A DNA stretch of 23,361 nt from Octopus sinensis. Its lineage: Eukaryota. A model generated the notes under the pieces. It ran no database searches, was not told the DNA's origin, and saw only the letters and a program-made list of their open reading frames with translations. The stretch lies in contig NW_021836625.1 of the NCBI RefSeq assembly GCF_006345805.1, positions 1-23,361 on the forward strand, given 5' to 3'. This document shows, piece after piece, positions 10,404-21,387 of this stretch; the first letter of the stretch is position 1, and each line of letters begins with the position of its first letter. The position numbers were made by a program, and so were the translations under genes.

Positions 10404-12313
10404 ATGGAGGAATTCGCCCCTAGGGGCAGTTTCAACCCCATTTCATTTCTGTAATTTTCTTCTAGACATTAGAAAATGTCTAGAAATTTTATTGTAGAAC
10501 GCTGGTCGCGTTCTTTTATTGACCAGCATTTTCCTAGTTTGGAAACAATAGGAGAAAAAAAGAACGTACGTGCAAATATGAATATCGGTGAAAGGAACGC
10601 TGCGACCACGTGCGGTAACAACCCTGTTACCACCGCCACCACTAACAACAGCAACCACGAGACTACTACTGCTACCACCACCACCTCCACCACCACCACC
10701 ACCACTACCACGACCAACATAAATGATAAAAATAAAACTGAAACGAAAACTATTGACAAAAACAACAGCAACAACAAGAACAACAATAAAAATGAACTAT
10801 CTAATAGTGAAGATGTTAATACAAAAAAATCAACAACAGTAAATTTCGCGGACACTCTTCGCCAGAAGAAAGAAATAGTAACATTCACAAATGAAGAGCT
10901 CATAGAAACTAGAGCTCTATTTACAAACCGTGGACAAGATTTAGTGCTGCATACACCTCAACATATAAGCAAGAAATAGAAAATAAGACAATTGTATATA
11001 AAATTATTAGAAAACAGAAAACTAAATGAACAGATTACAAAAACTGATGTGGAAAATTGTTTTAAAAAAACATAATGAAAGAAAAAGAGTATATAAACCG
11101 GGTCCCCAGTTTAACACAGTAGTGGTCCGCTTCCCTAACCAGGAAGTGGCAAAAGCTCACTCTACTGAGTCTCTGGGAAATGATGAAATCATCATGGTCC
11201 CTTATTATAAAAACCAGAGAGTGAGTAGAATTACTATCAGAAATGTACCCCCCGATATGCCGAACAAATGGATAACAGGGGCAATCTGTTACCATTTGAA
11301 AAAGATCAATATTTTAGAAACAGCCGTGTACCTAAACGACAATTGGGGTGGAAAAACAGTAGTAGTGACCATCCAGATTGAGGGGGCCTCTATCGAGAGC
11401 CTACCGGATAAGATCCACTTGGAGAATGGGCAGAAGGCAAAAAGCCTAGATGCTACAAATGTGGCAGCCCCGAACATTTGATTGCCAAGTGCGATCTGGT
11501 ACAGAAAAAACAAGAAAGAACAAATCAGAAAACAAATAAAATCCCTTTGTTGCCAACACCAACACACTCAATTATAGAACAATGCCAAGAAAAACAACAA
11601 ACCAACGAACAAACCGCAACAACATCACCGAGAAAAGAAACAGTACCAACACAATCACCGTTGACTTCACAACCAATTAAACTGTTGAATTAACAAAAAA
11701 TAGACCCACACCCACACCAGGACGACAATTAAAAAGACAGAAAACACTGACGAGAAGACAATGCTACGCATAACCCACAACAACACAACACCGCACAAAA
11801 CATCAACAATTTATACAAGCATACATAGTAATGCAATTGTTTTGCCTCTACCCATACTGATACGTCGGACGACGAAAGTTCGACGGAATGGCAAATAGCC
11901 ACAGGGGGTAAAAGAAAAAGATCCAAAAAAATCCACCAAACAAGGAAGTAAAGCAGGGAGATATCTAACTCAGGACAACATCCCCTAGACAATCAAAAAG
12001 TAATGAACCCGTAAAACCACACACACAATTAACTGCAATAGACACAGACAATAAAGAATTAATGGACTACATCAAATCTAACATGGTCATCTGTGAAGAT
12101 GTGACTTTAAAACAAACAATCATCCGCCAACCACACCACCGAAACACAGAATTTTACACATAACACAAGCACAACACCACATACTGAAAACAATATTTCC
12201 GAATGCGGTAGGCGGGTAATCAACGATACCTGTCGAAAAAACTATACAAACACCTCATCAAAAAACAATACAAAAGAAGAAGAAGAAAAAAATGAAACTT
12301 TTAAAATGAGTAA
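10404..12313 (+). pseudogene. LINE ORF1 (gag-like nucleic-acid-binding protein), disrupted
   Basis: ATG at 10404 is in frame with ORF 10476-10979 but followed by a stop. Fragment 11026-11481 contains VVRFP..E.A and RITIRNVPP, typical of L1-clade ORF1. A CX2CX4HX4C knuckle CYKCGSPEHLIAKC lies at 11451-11492 in another frame. Multiple stops and frameshifts; the end is approximate. Confidence 0.8.
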
Positions 12314-12372
12314 GTGACCTCACTTCTTGCCTCTTGTCTCTTCTAATGTAGGTGTAAAACACAATTTCGTAA

Positions 12373-15300
12373 ATGTCAAGTATGCTTAAATTAGTTGTGT
12401 GAATGCGCGTGGCTTGCGCGGCTTGGAAGCAAGGTTACCTTCTAAACGACATCAGTCACTGGACGTGGATATAGTAGCTATCAGGAAACCAGACTCAGTA
12501 AGCCGCGGGCCCTCGAGTCCATGTTGGCAATCAATTTGACATTTATTTTTCTCCCTGTCTGCCGAACTGGGTGGTGGAGGTACTGCGGTGCTTTTTCGAA
12601 AGAGTCTAAAGGTAAAAGTAAGAGCAATATTCCTAGACCCGGAGGGTAGGCTGGTTGTCTTGGACGTGGCGTGGATGGCAGAAATGCGTGTGCATTCCGT
12701 CTGATGGCAGTTTATGCACCGTCCTTAACGGGTCGGGCGGATTTCTTCAGACGTCTAGAGGTTTTCTGGGTACGTCTAGACCTTTACTGTTAGTAGGGGA
12801 TTGGAACGCTACCTTGGACACGCATCTAGATTATGTGGGAAGGGATAGGATAGAAGGGGGTGTAAGAGCCTCAAAGACCTGCTCAGACGCTTCCATTTGT
12901 CTGACAGGTCCGACTCGACCATCCGAACGTGCCAACGTGGACTTGGACAAACCGCGTCGGATCGTCGAGATCTTATCTAGATAGAATTCTATGCAGGACA
13001 GCGGATAGGGATAGTGTAGGATGTCCACAATTTAAATAGTCAGCTACACAGATCACAAATTTGTTACGTGTACGCTCGACTTAGATAAAACCATAGGCAG
13101 GGTCCGGTTACTGGAAACTGAACACGTCGCTGTTAGCGCGACAGGTTTACAGGAACCGGATTAGCGAGTTAATTAAGAGGGCGCTGACGGGAGCGGTCGT
13201 TAACAAACGCTGGTGGTACGCCCTGAAAATGGCAATAAAATCGGAATCAATTAGGTTTAGCAAGGAATTAGCGATAGAACGAAATAGAGTAGAGGGAGAC
13301 TTAGTTAAGAATTAGAAAGAGAAGAGGCACTTACCACTGGCAGCGCAACCAACGTGCTGGCTGCGAGGATGGCCCTCGACCAACACCTCAACGCCAAGCA
13401 CGAAGGTGCGTCGTCAGAGCTAAAATGCGTGCCTTAAGGAACGAAGGGATTGAAGCTGCGCGAGAAGCCCGGTAGCGAGGCGCAGCGTGGCAACAGATCA
13501 ACCATTCGGTCTCTAATAGATCAACAGGGATGCAGTTTACTCGAACCCGAAAGGATGTGTGAGGCCTTTCAACAGCACTTTGCTCGACTGTTTGTGCGAG
13601 TGGTGGGTCGGAACGCGAGATGGATTTCAGTGCCTACCTGACCGACCTGCCGCGGCTCTCGGCAAGAGAGCGGAGTGTTGTGAACGTCCCATCACAGCCG
13701 CTGAGGGTGGGGATGCGATGGCGGGCTGCGCGAGGGATAAGTCGCCTGGATTGGATGGTTTACCCTGCGAGTTGTATTATCGAATGCCAGACTTGTTTGG
13801 CGACCTCTTGGCATCAGTCTACTGCAACTGGCAACAAAACGGGAGAATCCCCGGTTTCGTGAGCCGAGGTGCAGTGACGTTGCTGAAGAAAGACTCAAAC
13901 AAAGGGAATTTTATAGATAATTTCAGGCCCATCACTCTGCTCAACGCAGATTTGACACTGAGGGACATCCCACGGGAACTGGGTTGCGGGACGAGCGTGT
14001 CGGCATATGCGGACGATGTCACCGTCATAGTGTCGAGCGACAAACACATCAAGATGATAGGCGAGACACTAAAAAAATATGAAACGGTGACGGGAGAAAA
14101 GATTAACCCGGAAAAGTCAGTGGGTTTGCTACTCGGCACCTGGAGAAGCAAGCCCATGCCGTCCGACTGCGGCTCAGTAGTGGGACGCTGGACGGACGGA
14201 CCGGTTAAATTGCTCGGGGTCTGGTTCAGTCCGGACCTCCAAATGGATAAGAATTGGGACGAGATCACGAGTAGAGTGGTCGCTCTCAGCCAAACATGGG
14301 CCGAGAGAAAGCTGTCTCTAAAAGGCCGGGCGGAGGTGGCGAACGCGTAATCGCATCCGTCATCGATTACCGCCTGACCGTCGTACCTTGTCCCGACGCC
14401 ACCATCACCAAATGGAACGCATACTCTTCCGCTTCCTGTGGAAGGTGGCATTCCGATGGTGAGGAAGTCCATTTGCTGTCAACATCCGTTGAATGGAGGA
14501 CTGGGCATGCCGTGGTTGATGATGCGCAGGCATGCGCTGAGACTGCGACATCTCTGGAAATTCATCGACGACGGTGAACAGGTGTGGGCGCCTTTGTGAG
14601 GCGCGACTTCCCGCAGCTCGTCTCACTGACCGAACTGCAAACGTGGATCAAAAGAGACCGAAACTGGGCGATTGGCACCGAGAGTGTCGCCAAGCTCTAC
14701 AGCAGCTCTGCCGACCGGGTCAAACTTGTGCAACTTACAAACGACTAAAGCGTTCTATAGAGGACTAGTGGAGGGGAGGTCCGACGACACACTCGGGGCA
14801 AACCTGGGCGTCGACGAAGGATTCCTAACCCGCCTGTTCAGGATGACGTTCGGGCCGGGGCCTATGGATAACTTCCAGAAATCCCTGGTTTGGCAGTGCT
14901 ATCGAGACGCACTACCTGTTCGAGAGAAGAGCTACAGACACGGTTCGAAAACCATCACCGGACCGACCTGCCCGAGATGCGGTCAGAGCGACGAAACCGT
15001 TCTGCACACACTCGTGCAGTGTCCAGATATTTCAAAGCTGTGGTCCTTCGTCGAACAGCTGTTGTCACGTGTAGGTCAGGCTCACCTATCGGCCGAGTCT
15101 ATCGTGAATATTGTTCCACCACCTTCCTTTAAACGTGAAGGGAAAACGGTTTTCGTTACGCTGATGGCTATGGCGAAAGAATGTGTGTGGTGGACTCGTT
15201 TGAAAGGACTGCAAACAAACACCTTCCTCTCTGGTCAGTCTCTCGTCAACTTTTTCAAGTACCACTTGAAAAGGAGGATGAGAATAGAGAGGAAGGCTTT

Positions 15301-15387
15301 GTCGAACGAATGTTTTAATAAAAAGTGGGTAAAATGGCAAAAATGGTCAGTATGAAAGACGACACTATTTTAAGCATAAATCTGTAA
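12373..15387 (+). pseudogene. LINE ORF2 (APE endonuclease - reverse transcriptase - Zn finger), frameshifted and internally deleted
   Basis: Across frames: SCVNARGL, VDIVA.QET, LLVGDWNA, SYLDRI, YTDHK, GYWKLNTSLL, KSPGLDGLP.ELY, NFRPITLLNAD, AYADDVTV, KINPEKS, VKLLGVWF, LSLKGRA, GGLGMP, CPRCGQSDETVLHTLVQC. Confidence 0.95.
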
Positions 15388-15699
15388 CCAAAAAGAGACA
15401 CGAGAAGTAAGCGACTTACTCATGTGTTCTTTTTCGAATTGCGAATTGCCTGAGGTGACCTTGGTCTTTTTTGTAGTTTTTTCTTTCCAAGGCTACACCT
15501 AAACTGTGAACCTTATATATATATATACTGCTTTTTATACACCACACAACCCACAGATCCCTATTGATCAAACGTTTTTTTTGTTTTTTTTTGCCCCACC
15601 CATCCCACCTCGAAAAGAAAAAATTCTACACTATTGTATTTCGTCCATTTTTATTCTGTGTTTAGCCCTGTGTGGCTACAATAAAAAGTTATCTATCTA

Positions 15700-15739
<40 letters not shown>

Positions 15740-15834
15740 CTATCTGTGTCTGACTCTGTCTGCCAACCTGTTTGAACCGGTCCACCTATGTTTCTTTCCC
15801 TCTCTTTCTCTCTCTCTCAGGCTCTCTCTTTCTC

Positions 15835-15866
<32 letters not shown>

Positions 15867-16020
15867 CCAAGGGTATGAAAGGTATTGGTACCAGGAAGAC
15901 CCAAAAGGTATCGGGTTAACGCTAAGTAAGTGCTATAGATAGACCATGGTTAAGCTCCAGGCTCGATAATGATACGAGTGAGGAGTCCAGCTTGGGTCAT
16001 GTATTAGCATGCATATATAT

Positions 16021-16315
16021 AAGTTGACAGAATGAGACAAAAAAAAACACAAAGCAGTAAATAGATTTCATAACATTTATCAAGAAAAGGTCTTACAGCT
16101 GTTTCCGGGATATTTTATATATCCCTTCATCAGAGACGGTGCGAGAAAACGTTTGAGTATTAATTATTGTAGAGAAGATATGAAATGCAGAGGGAAGAAA
16201 GGGAATGAATATAGAAGTGAAAGATTCATTCTCTTACTTTCCTCTGTATTTCATATCTTCTCTACAATAATTAATACTTAAATCTATTTACTGCCTTGGT
16301 TTTTAACTCATTCTC

Positions 16316-16320
<5 letters not shown>
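16021..16320. mobile_element. Foldback mini-element of two inverted PLE-type 3' termini; left arm retains a hammerhead
   Basis: Outer arms about 16030-16068 (GAATGAG..AAAGCAGTAAATAGATTT) and 16280-16314 (AAATCTATTTACTGCCTT..CTCATTC). Inner arms 16152-16210 and 16224-16282. TA repeats lie on both sides. Confidence 0.7.
16090..16137 (-). ncRNA. Type I hammerhead ribozyme motif with intact core
   Basis: Reverse complement: GTCT-CTGATGA-A-GGGATAT(ATAAA)ATATCCC-G-GAAACAGCTGTA-AGAC. Stem I GTCT/AGAC, 7-bp stem II, palindromic stem III ACAGCTGT, GUA cleavage triplet. Confidence 0.88.
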
Positions 16321-16346
<26 letters not shown>

Positions 16347-16349
<3 letters not shown>

Positions 16350-16553
16350 GTTAATCCAAACATGAAAACACAAAGAGAAAACACAACAACGCGAGGACGT
16401 GGAACCAATATAGTATTATTGGAGGCTCAGGAAGGAAGGGAAGAAGGAGGGTTTTACGTTTCGAGTGGAGCTCTTCGTCAGAAACATACGGAAAGGAAAG
16501 ATCCAGAGAGGGAAGATGGAGGAAAAAATCGCCAACGGTACACACGCGGTCAC

Positions 16554-16555
<2 letters not shown>
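16347..16555 (-). mobile_element. Short PLE 3' terminus (pLTR remnant) ending in (TA)n
   Basis: Contains the hammerhead at 16451-16485. The following tail (minus strand TTCCTGAGCCTCCAATAATACTA...TTTTCATG) resembles the tail at 445-530. Confidence 0.75.
16451..16485 (-). ncRNA. Minimal type I hammerhead ribozyme motif with intact core
   Basis: Reverse complement: GTTT-CTGACGA-A-GAG(CTCCA)CTC-GAAAC-GTA-AAAC. Stem I GTTT/AAAC, loopless ACGT stem III, GUA triplet. Confidence 0.85.
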
Positions 16556-16557
<2 letters not shown>

Positions 16558-16593
<36 letters not shown>

Positions 16594-16690
16594 TTGTGTG
16601 TGTGTGTGTGTATTTGTGTGTGTATTTGTGTGTGTGTGTGTGTGTGTATTTGTGTGTGTGTGTGTATTTGTGTGTGTATTTGTGTGTGTA

Positions 16691-16725
<35 letters not shown>
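16558..16725. repeat. (GT)n with periodic ATTT interruptions
   Basis: Read directly from the sequence. Confidence 0.95.
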
Positions 16726-16728
<3 letters not shown>

Positions 16729-17398
16729 GGACAAATATTGAGGGATTATTCATAATTCATATATATATATATATATACTTGAAAAAGACAAGTTCAATTT
16801 TTTTTACTTTGTATCATAGGACATAAATATTTCCATTGCGTAATGTTTATTTATGGAAATAAAGATACAAAATTCTGTTTTCAGATGAGAAAGTCTTACT
16901 GCAAAAGTATTAGTGTATGCTGTTGCAAGGTTGTCTTTGGAACAATTAATTGAGCGACAGACAGTTTTGCCAGCGCATAAGACACAGTAATGCCACAAGG
17001 TTTTGCTGAGATGATGTATATAATGTGAGCTGTCAAATTATATAGACTTGTTAAACTGTTGGTGAGTTACAGGAAACAGGAAATTGTCGAAGAACACAAT
17101 GTCCTTACTTCTAACAACAGACGCGAGTAATTTATTCACTATTTCCTTGATTCTGGGCGTGAGAAAATGTTTCCGAATGTTAAGGTCTCTGTGCTGTATT
17201 TTTGATTCTATAAGTTTGTCGGTGGTTGAGGGATGTATCGAATTCCAAAAAAAAACCCGATCGAATGTATTGCAAGAAAGATGGCGGATAATCCTGTCGG
17301 TTTATACTCTGATCGGCTAAACATTTGGAGCCCATACATCAGAACAGCTGTAGATTAATCAGTGGACCCGGTAAAAGTGGCCCGAGAAAGCTAGTGGC

Positions 17399-17838
17399 AT
17401 GGTGGTGGTTGTGGTGGTGCTGGTGGTGGCGGCGGCGGTGGTGGTGCTGGTGGCCTTGGTGGTGCTGGTGCTGGTAGTCTGGTGGTGATCGTAGTGGTGG
17501 TGGTAGTGGTGGTGGTGGTGGTGGTGGTGGTGGTGGTGGTGGACTGGTGGGGGTAGTGGTGTTGGTGGTGGTGGTGGTGGTGGTGGTGGACTGGTGGGGG
17601 TAGTGGTGCTGGTGGTGATTGTAGTGGTGGTGATAGTGGTGGTGGTGGTGGTGGTGGTGGTGGCGGTGGTGGTTTTGGAGGTGGAGGTGGTGCTGATGGT
17701 GGTGGACTGGTGGGGGTGGTGCTGATGGTGGTTTTGGAGGTGGAGGTGGTGCTGATGGTGGTTTTGGAGGGGGTAGTGGTGGTGGTGGTGGTGGTGGTGG
17801 TGCTGCTGCTGCTGCTGCTGCTGGTGATCGTCGTGGTG
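17399..17838. repeat. Degenerate (GGT)n/(GCT)n trinucleotide tract
   Basis: Read directly. It explains the poly-Thr/Pro/His ORF 17391-17852. Confidence 0.95.
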
Positions 17839-18252
17839 TAGTCTTGGGTCATAGTAGCAGCAGATTCTTTACGGCTTTATAGATAACTAGAACAAAATTC
17901 TAGTATGAAGTGTTGGTCATAATCTGCCGCGCTGCATTTGCATTATTTATACATAACACACACATTCATTCACGGAGACAAAGAAGCTAATGAACTTAAT
18001 ATAATTATATTAAACGAAAGACAGCAATATTCGTTACATCATAAGGATTACAATGTTTAAGGACATTCTTCTCCGTGTTTAGCTTTAAGCACGTTCCTCA
18101 CTAATACGATAATGTGTGGGTGATTAGGAAATAGATATTTTCTTGGCGCCAAAGGACGCAAATGGCTTCTTACGTAAAATACTTTTGTTATAATAACAAC
18201 AATAGAGACATGCTCTTCGGCTTTTTTTAAAAATATTGTAACAATATAATAA

Positions 18253-18400
18253 AGCGCAGGAAGGCTGTGTGGTAAGTAGCTGTTTTACCACCACATGGTT
18301 CCGGGTTCAGTCCCACTGCGTGGCACCTTGGGCAAGTGTCTTCTACTATAGCCTCGGACGACCCAAAGCCTTGTGAGTGGATTTGGAGACAGAAACTGTC

Positions 18401-18474
<74 letters not shown>

Positions 18475-18724
18475 GCGTGTGTGAGTTTTTGTGTCTGCGT
18501 TTGTTCTCCCTAGCATTGCTTGACAACCGATGCTGGTCTGTTTATGTCCCCGTCACTCAGTGGTTCGGCAAAAGAGACCGATAGAATAAGAACTGGGCTT
18601 ACAAAAAGAATAAGTCCTGGACTCGATTTGATCGACTAAAGTCCCGGGGTCGAGTTGCTCGATTAAATGCGGTGCTCCAGCATGGCCGCAGTCAAATGAC
18701 TGAAACAAGTAAAAGAGAAAGAGA
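18253..18724 (+). mobile_element. tRNA-derived SINE family A, full length, with central (TA)n
   Basis: GGCTGTGTGGTAAG (A box), GGGTTCAGTCCC (B box), GCACCTTGGGCAAGTG central domain (CORE-like), (TA)n at 18402-18474 and a shared 3' end. There is an internal duplication of about 27 bp at 18612-18666. Confidence 0.9.
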
Positions 18725-18773
18725 AATATAGTTGAATGAAAAATCAGAGAGAGGAAGGAAGGGATGAAGGAGA

Positions 18774-18914
18774 TGGTGGTGGTGGTGGTGGTGGTGGTGG
18801 TGGCGGTGGTGGCGGTGGTGGTGGTGGTGGTCGTTGTGATGGTGGTGGTGGTAGTGGTTGTGGTGGTGATGGTGGTTGTAGTGGTGGTGGTGCTGCTGCT
18901 GCTGCTGCTGCTGG
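18774..18914. repeat. (GGT)n(GCT)n microsatellite
   Basis: Read directly from the sequence. Confidence 0.95.
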
Positions 18915-18986
18915 GGGTGTGACAGAATTGGGAAATAAATTCATTGTATGTTTTTGTGTTATTTTGTAGCATCTTATTTCTTTAGT

Positions 18987-19167
18987 GTGCAGGCGCGTCG
19001 CTTAGTGGTTAGGGTGTTGGATTCATGATCGTAAGGTTGTGGTTTCGATTCCTGCACCGGGCGATGCGTTGTGTTCTTAAGCAAAACACTTCATTTTTAC
19101 GTTGCTCCAGTCCACTCAGCTGGCAAAATTGAGTGTTCCTGCGACAGACAGGCGTCCCGTCAAGGTG
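18987..19167 (+). mobile_element. tRNA-derived SINE family C, 3' end replaced by or running into (GATA)n
   Basis: GGCGCGTCGCTTAGTGGTTAGGG (A box), GGTTTCGATTCCTGCACCGGG (B box), then TTGTGTTCTTAAGCAAAACACTTC...CCAGTCCACTCAGCTG and CCTGCGACAGACAGGCGTCCCGTC, which resemble conserved SINE central domains. Confidence 0.78.
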
Positions 19168-19176
19168 ATAGATAGA

Positions 19177-19208
<32 letters not shown>

Positions 19209-19727
19209 TCGATCGATAGATAAATAGATATCGTTCAGTTCGATCATTTTAATATATTTGGAATATATAATAAAACACGTATAGAATCGATCGTACAGGC
19301 CAATATCCATAGAGAGTAACTTTGCACAAGTTAATATAATTGACACTACACTCAGAGATTCGTATTTCTAAAATACGAATTCCTTTTCCCAAAATTTCAA
19401 AACCAAATAACATCGTCGATGTTTTTGGTGTTCAAACTTCTGTTATTAGAAAGAAAAAAAAACATACCATGTCCTCTCGTCAACAATGGATTAATCTCTC
19501 TTCGTGTGAAACCGATTTCACACCAAAAAATGATTACCACACTTATCAGTCGTAACTGAAACTTGACTTGCACAAAACATCTGTGTTCTTATTTCCGCCG
19601 TCGTGAATTTCGATCTTGCTACACCTTTGTATTGCTTATGATCAAGAAAAGATATTACACAACACAGTCAAGTGTTAATCACTTTCGTATCGACTGCGCG
19701 AAAAGAAAATCGGTTACAGAATATATG

Positions 19728-19793
19728 GATATATATATATATATATATAATATATATATAATATATATTATATATATATTATATATATTATAC

Positions 19794-19858
<65 letters not shown>

Positions 19859-20223
19859 TATGTATGTATGTATATATATAATGTGTGTATATATATTATA
19901 TATATATATGTATGTATGTATGTATACATACATACTTAGATACATACATACATACATTCATATATACATACATATATACGTATATATATATCCATATATA
20001 CTGTAACTCGATATACATACATACATACATATATACATACATACATACATATATGAAAGTATGTATGTATGCATGTATATGTTATATATATATATATATA
20101 TATATATCCATATATCCTGTAACTCGATATACATACATATATACATACATATATACATACATACATACGTACATTCATATATACATACATACATATATAA
20201 ACATATATATATATATATATTAT

Positions 20224-20263
<40 letters not shown>

Positions 20264-20285
20264 TATATATACATATATATATACA
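19728..20285. repeat. (TA)n/(TATG)n/(CATA)n complex with an internal duplication
   Basis: TCCATATAT.CTGTAACTCGATATACATAC occurs twice (about 19991 and 20108) inside simple repeats. Confidence 0.9.
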
Positions 20286-20621
20286 CGGTTTAATGACAAT
20301 GTCTGTCTAAGTGTTATGGAATTAAGCTGGTGAAACCATTTTGATCAACCAGTAACAGCTGAACGTGAGTTCTGTGCCATAGGAAAATAATATCATGTAT
20401 GTGTGGGGGGGTGCGTTAAGACTGTATGTGCGAGAGCGGATTGATATATCTTAATTGTTGTTGTTACACCCACGTTGTCGTCATCGCCGTCGTCATTTTC
20501 ATCATCGTCATCATCATCATCATCATCATCGGCATTAATATTGTCATCTCTAATGCCTATGATGATGATGATGATGATTTGTCATCTTTGTCTTATGTGC
20601 TTAATTCGGCCATAAACTAAT

Positions 20622-20892
20622 ATATGTATGTATGTATATATGTATGTATGCATGTATGTATGTATGTATGTATGCATGTATGTGTGTATGTATGTATGTA
20701 TGTATGTATGTATGTATGTACGTATGTATGCATGTATGTATGTATATACGTATGTATGTGTACATGAATGTATGTAGCTATGTATCTATGAACGTATGCA
20801 TGTATGTATGTATGAATATACGTACGTATTTATGTACGTGTGTATATACGTACGTATATATGTACGTGTGTATATACGTATGTACATATGTA
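20622..20892. repeat. Degenerate (TATG)n microsatellite
   Basis: Read directly from the sequence. Confidence 0.95.
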
Positions 20893-21387
20893 TAATATAT
20901 AACAGGTTGTCAGTTATCATATCCAACGCTATTGTCTGTATGAAATATCTGTCAGATCGTATCATCCATCTAACAACAAGCACAGCCAATTAAAAGAGCT
21001 TTCGGCAGATTCTGTTTACTTTCCACTCAATCTGAGCAGGAAAGGATGCACACGTGATCCCGTAGCTAGCTTCTGATTCTGTTGTGAGTTTGAGAGTAAG
21101 ATATCCTCAGGCCAAAGAGCTGACACGAATTCTGCCAATGAATTCTATTCTGCTAAATCTAAGCCAACCAATGATAAATTGGTGGGGTTAAACCATGTGA
21201 TGGCTTTTGGCTAGCATTTTAGAATGGGTGCCAGTCTCAGTATCTCCTGTACCCTTGAACACATTGGGCAAGTTGGCCCCTTTCGTTTTTGTTTGTTGTG
21301 GTTTCTCTGGTTCTGATCATGCAATATGGGCCTCCCTCTTTCTCATATTAGTTATGAATGTCTTGCACCATGCAGTTTATGGTCGGC

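Larger units (their letters stand above)
10280..15690 (+). mobile_element. Near full-length, decayed non-LTR retrotransposon of the L1/Tx1 clade
   Basis: ORF1 with a zinc knuckle, ORF2 with APE endonuclease, RT and C-terminal Cys motif, and a 3' UTR ending AATAAA (15680-15685). Flanked on both sides by (TCTA)n. Confidence 0.93.

Noticed and set aside
13819-14472. 217-aa antisense ORF
   Set aside because: Shadow of the GC-rich RT frame on the opposite strand, with no independent motif.
17391-17852. Pro/His/Thr-rich ORF resembling formin, extensin or mucin
   Set aside because: It is a translation of a (GGT)n microsatellite, with no unique domain or splice support.
18987-19062. tRNA gene (also SINE heads near 8900-8972, 18253-18320 and 21620-21687)
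   Set aside because: A and B boxes are present, but I could not build a full cloverleaf and each continues into a SINE body.
20990-21387. Unique-looking stretch as a coding exon (ORF 21207-21563)
   Set aside because: The ORF runs into an antisense SINE and has no recognisable motif. The minus frames I read near its right end hit stops quickly.
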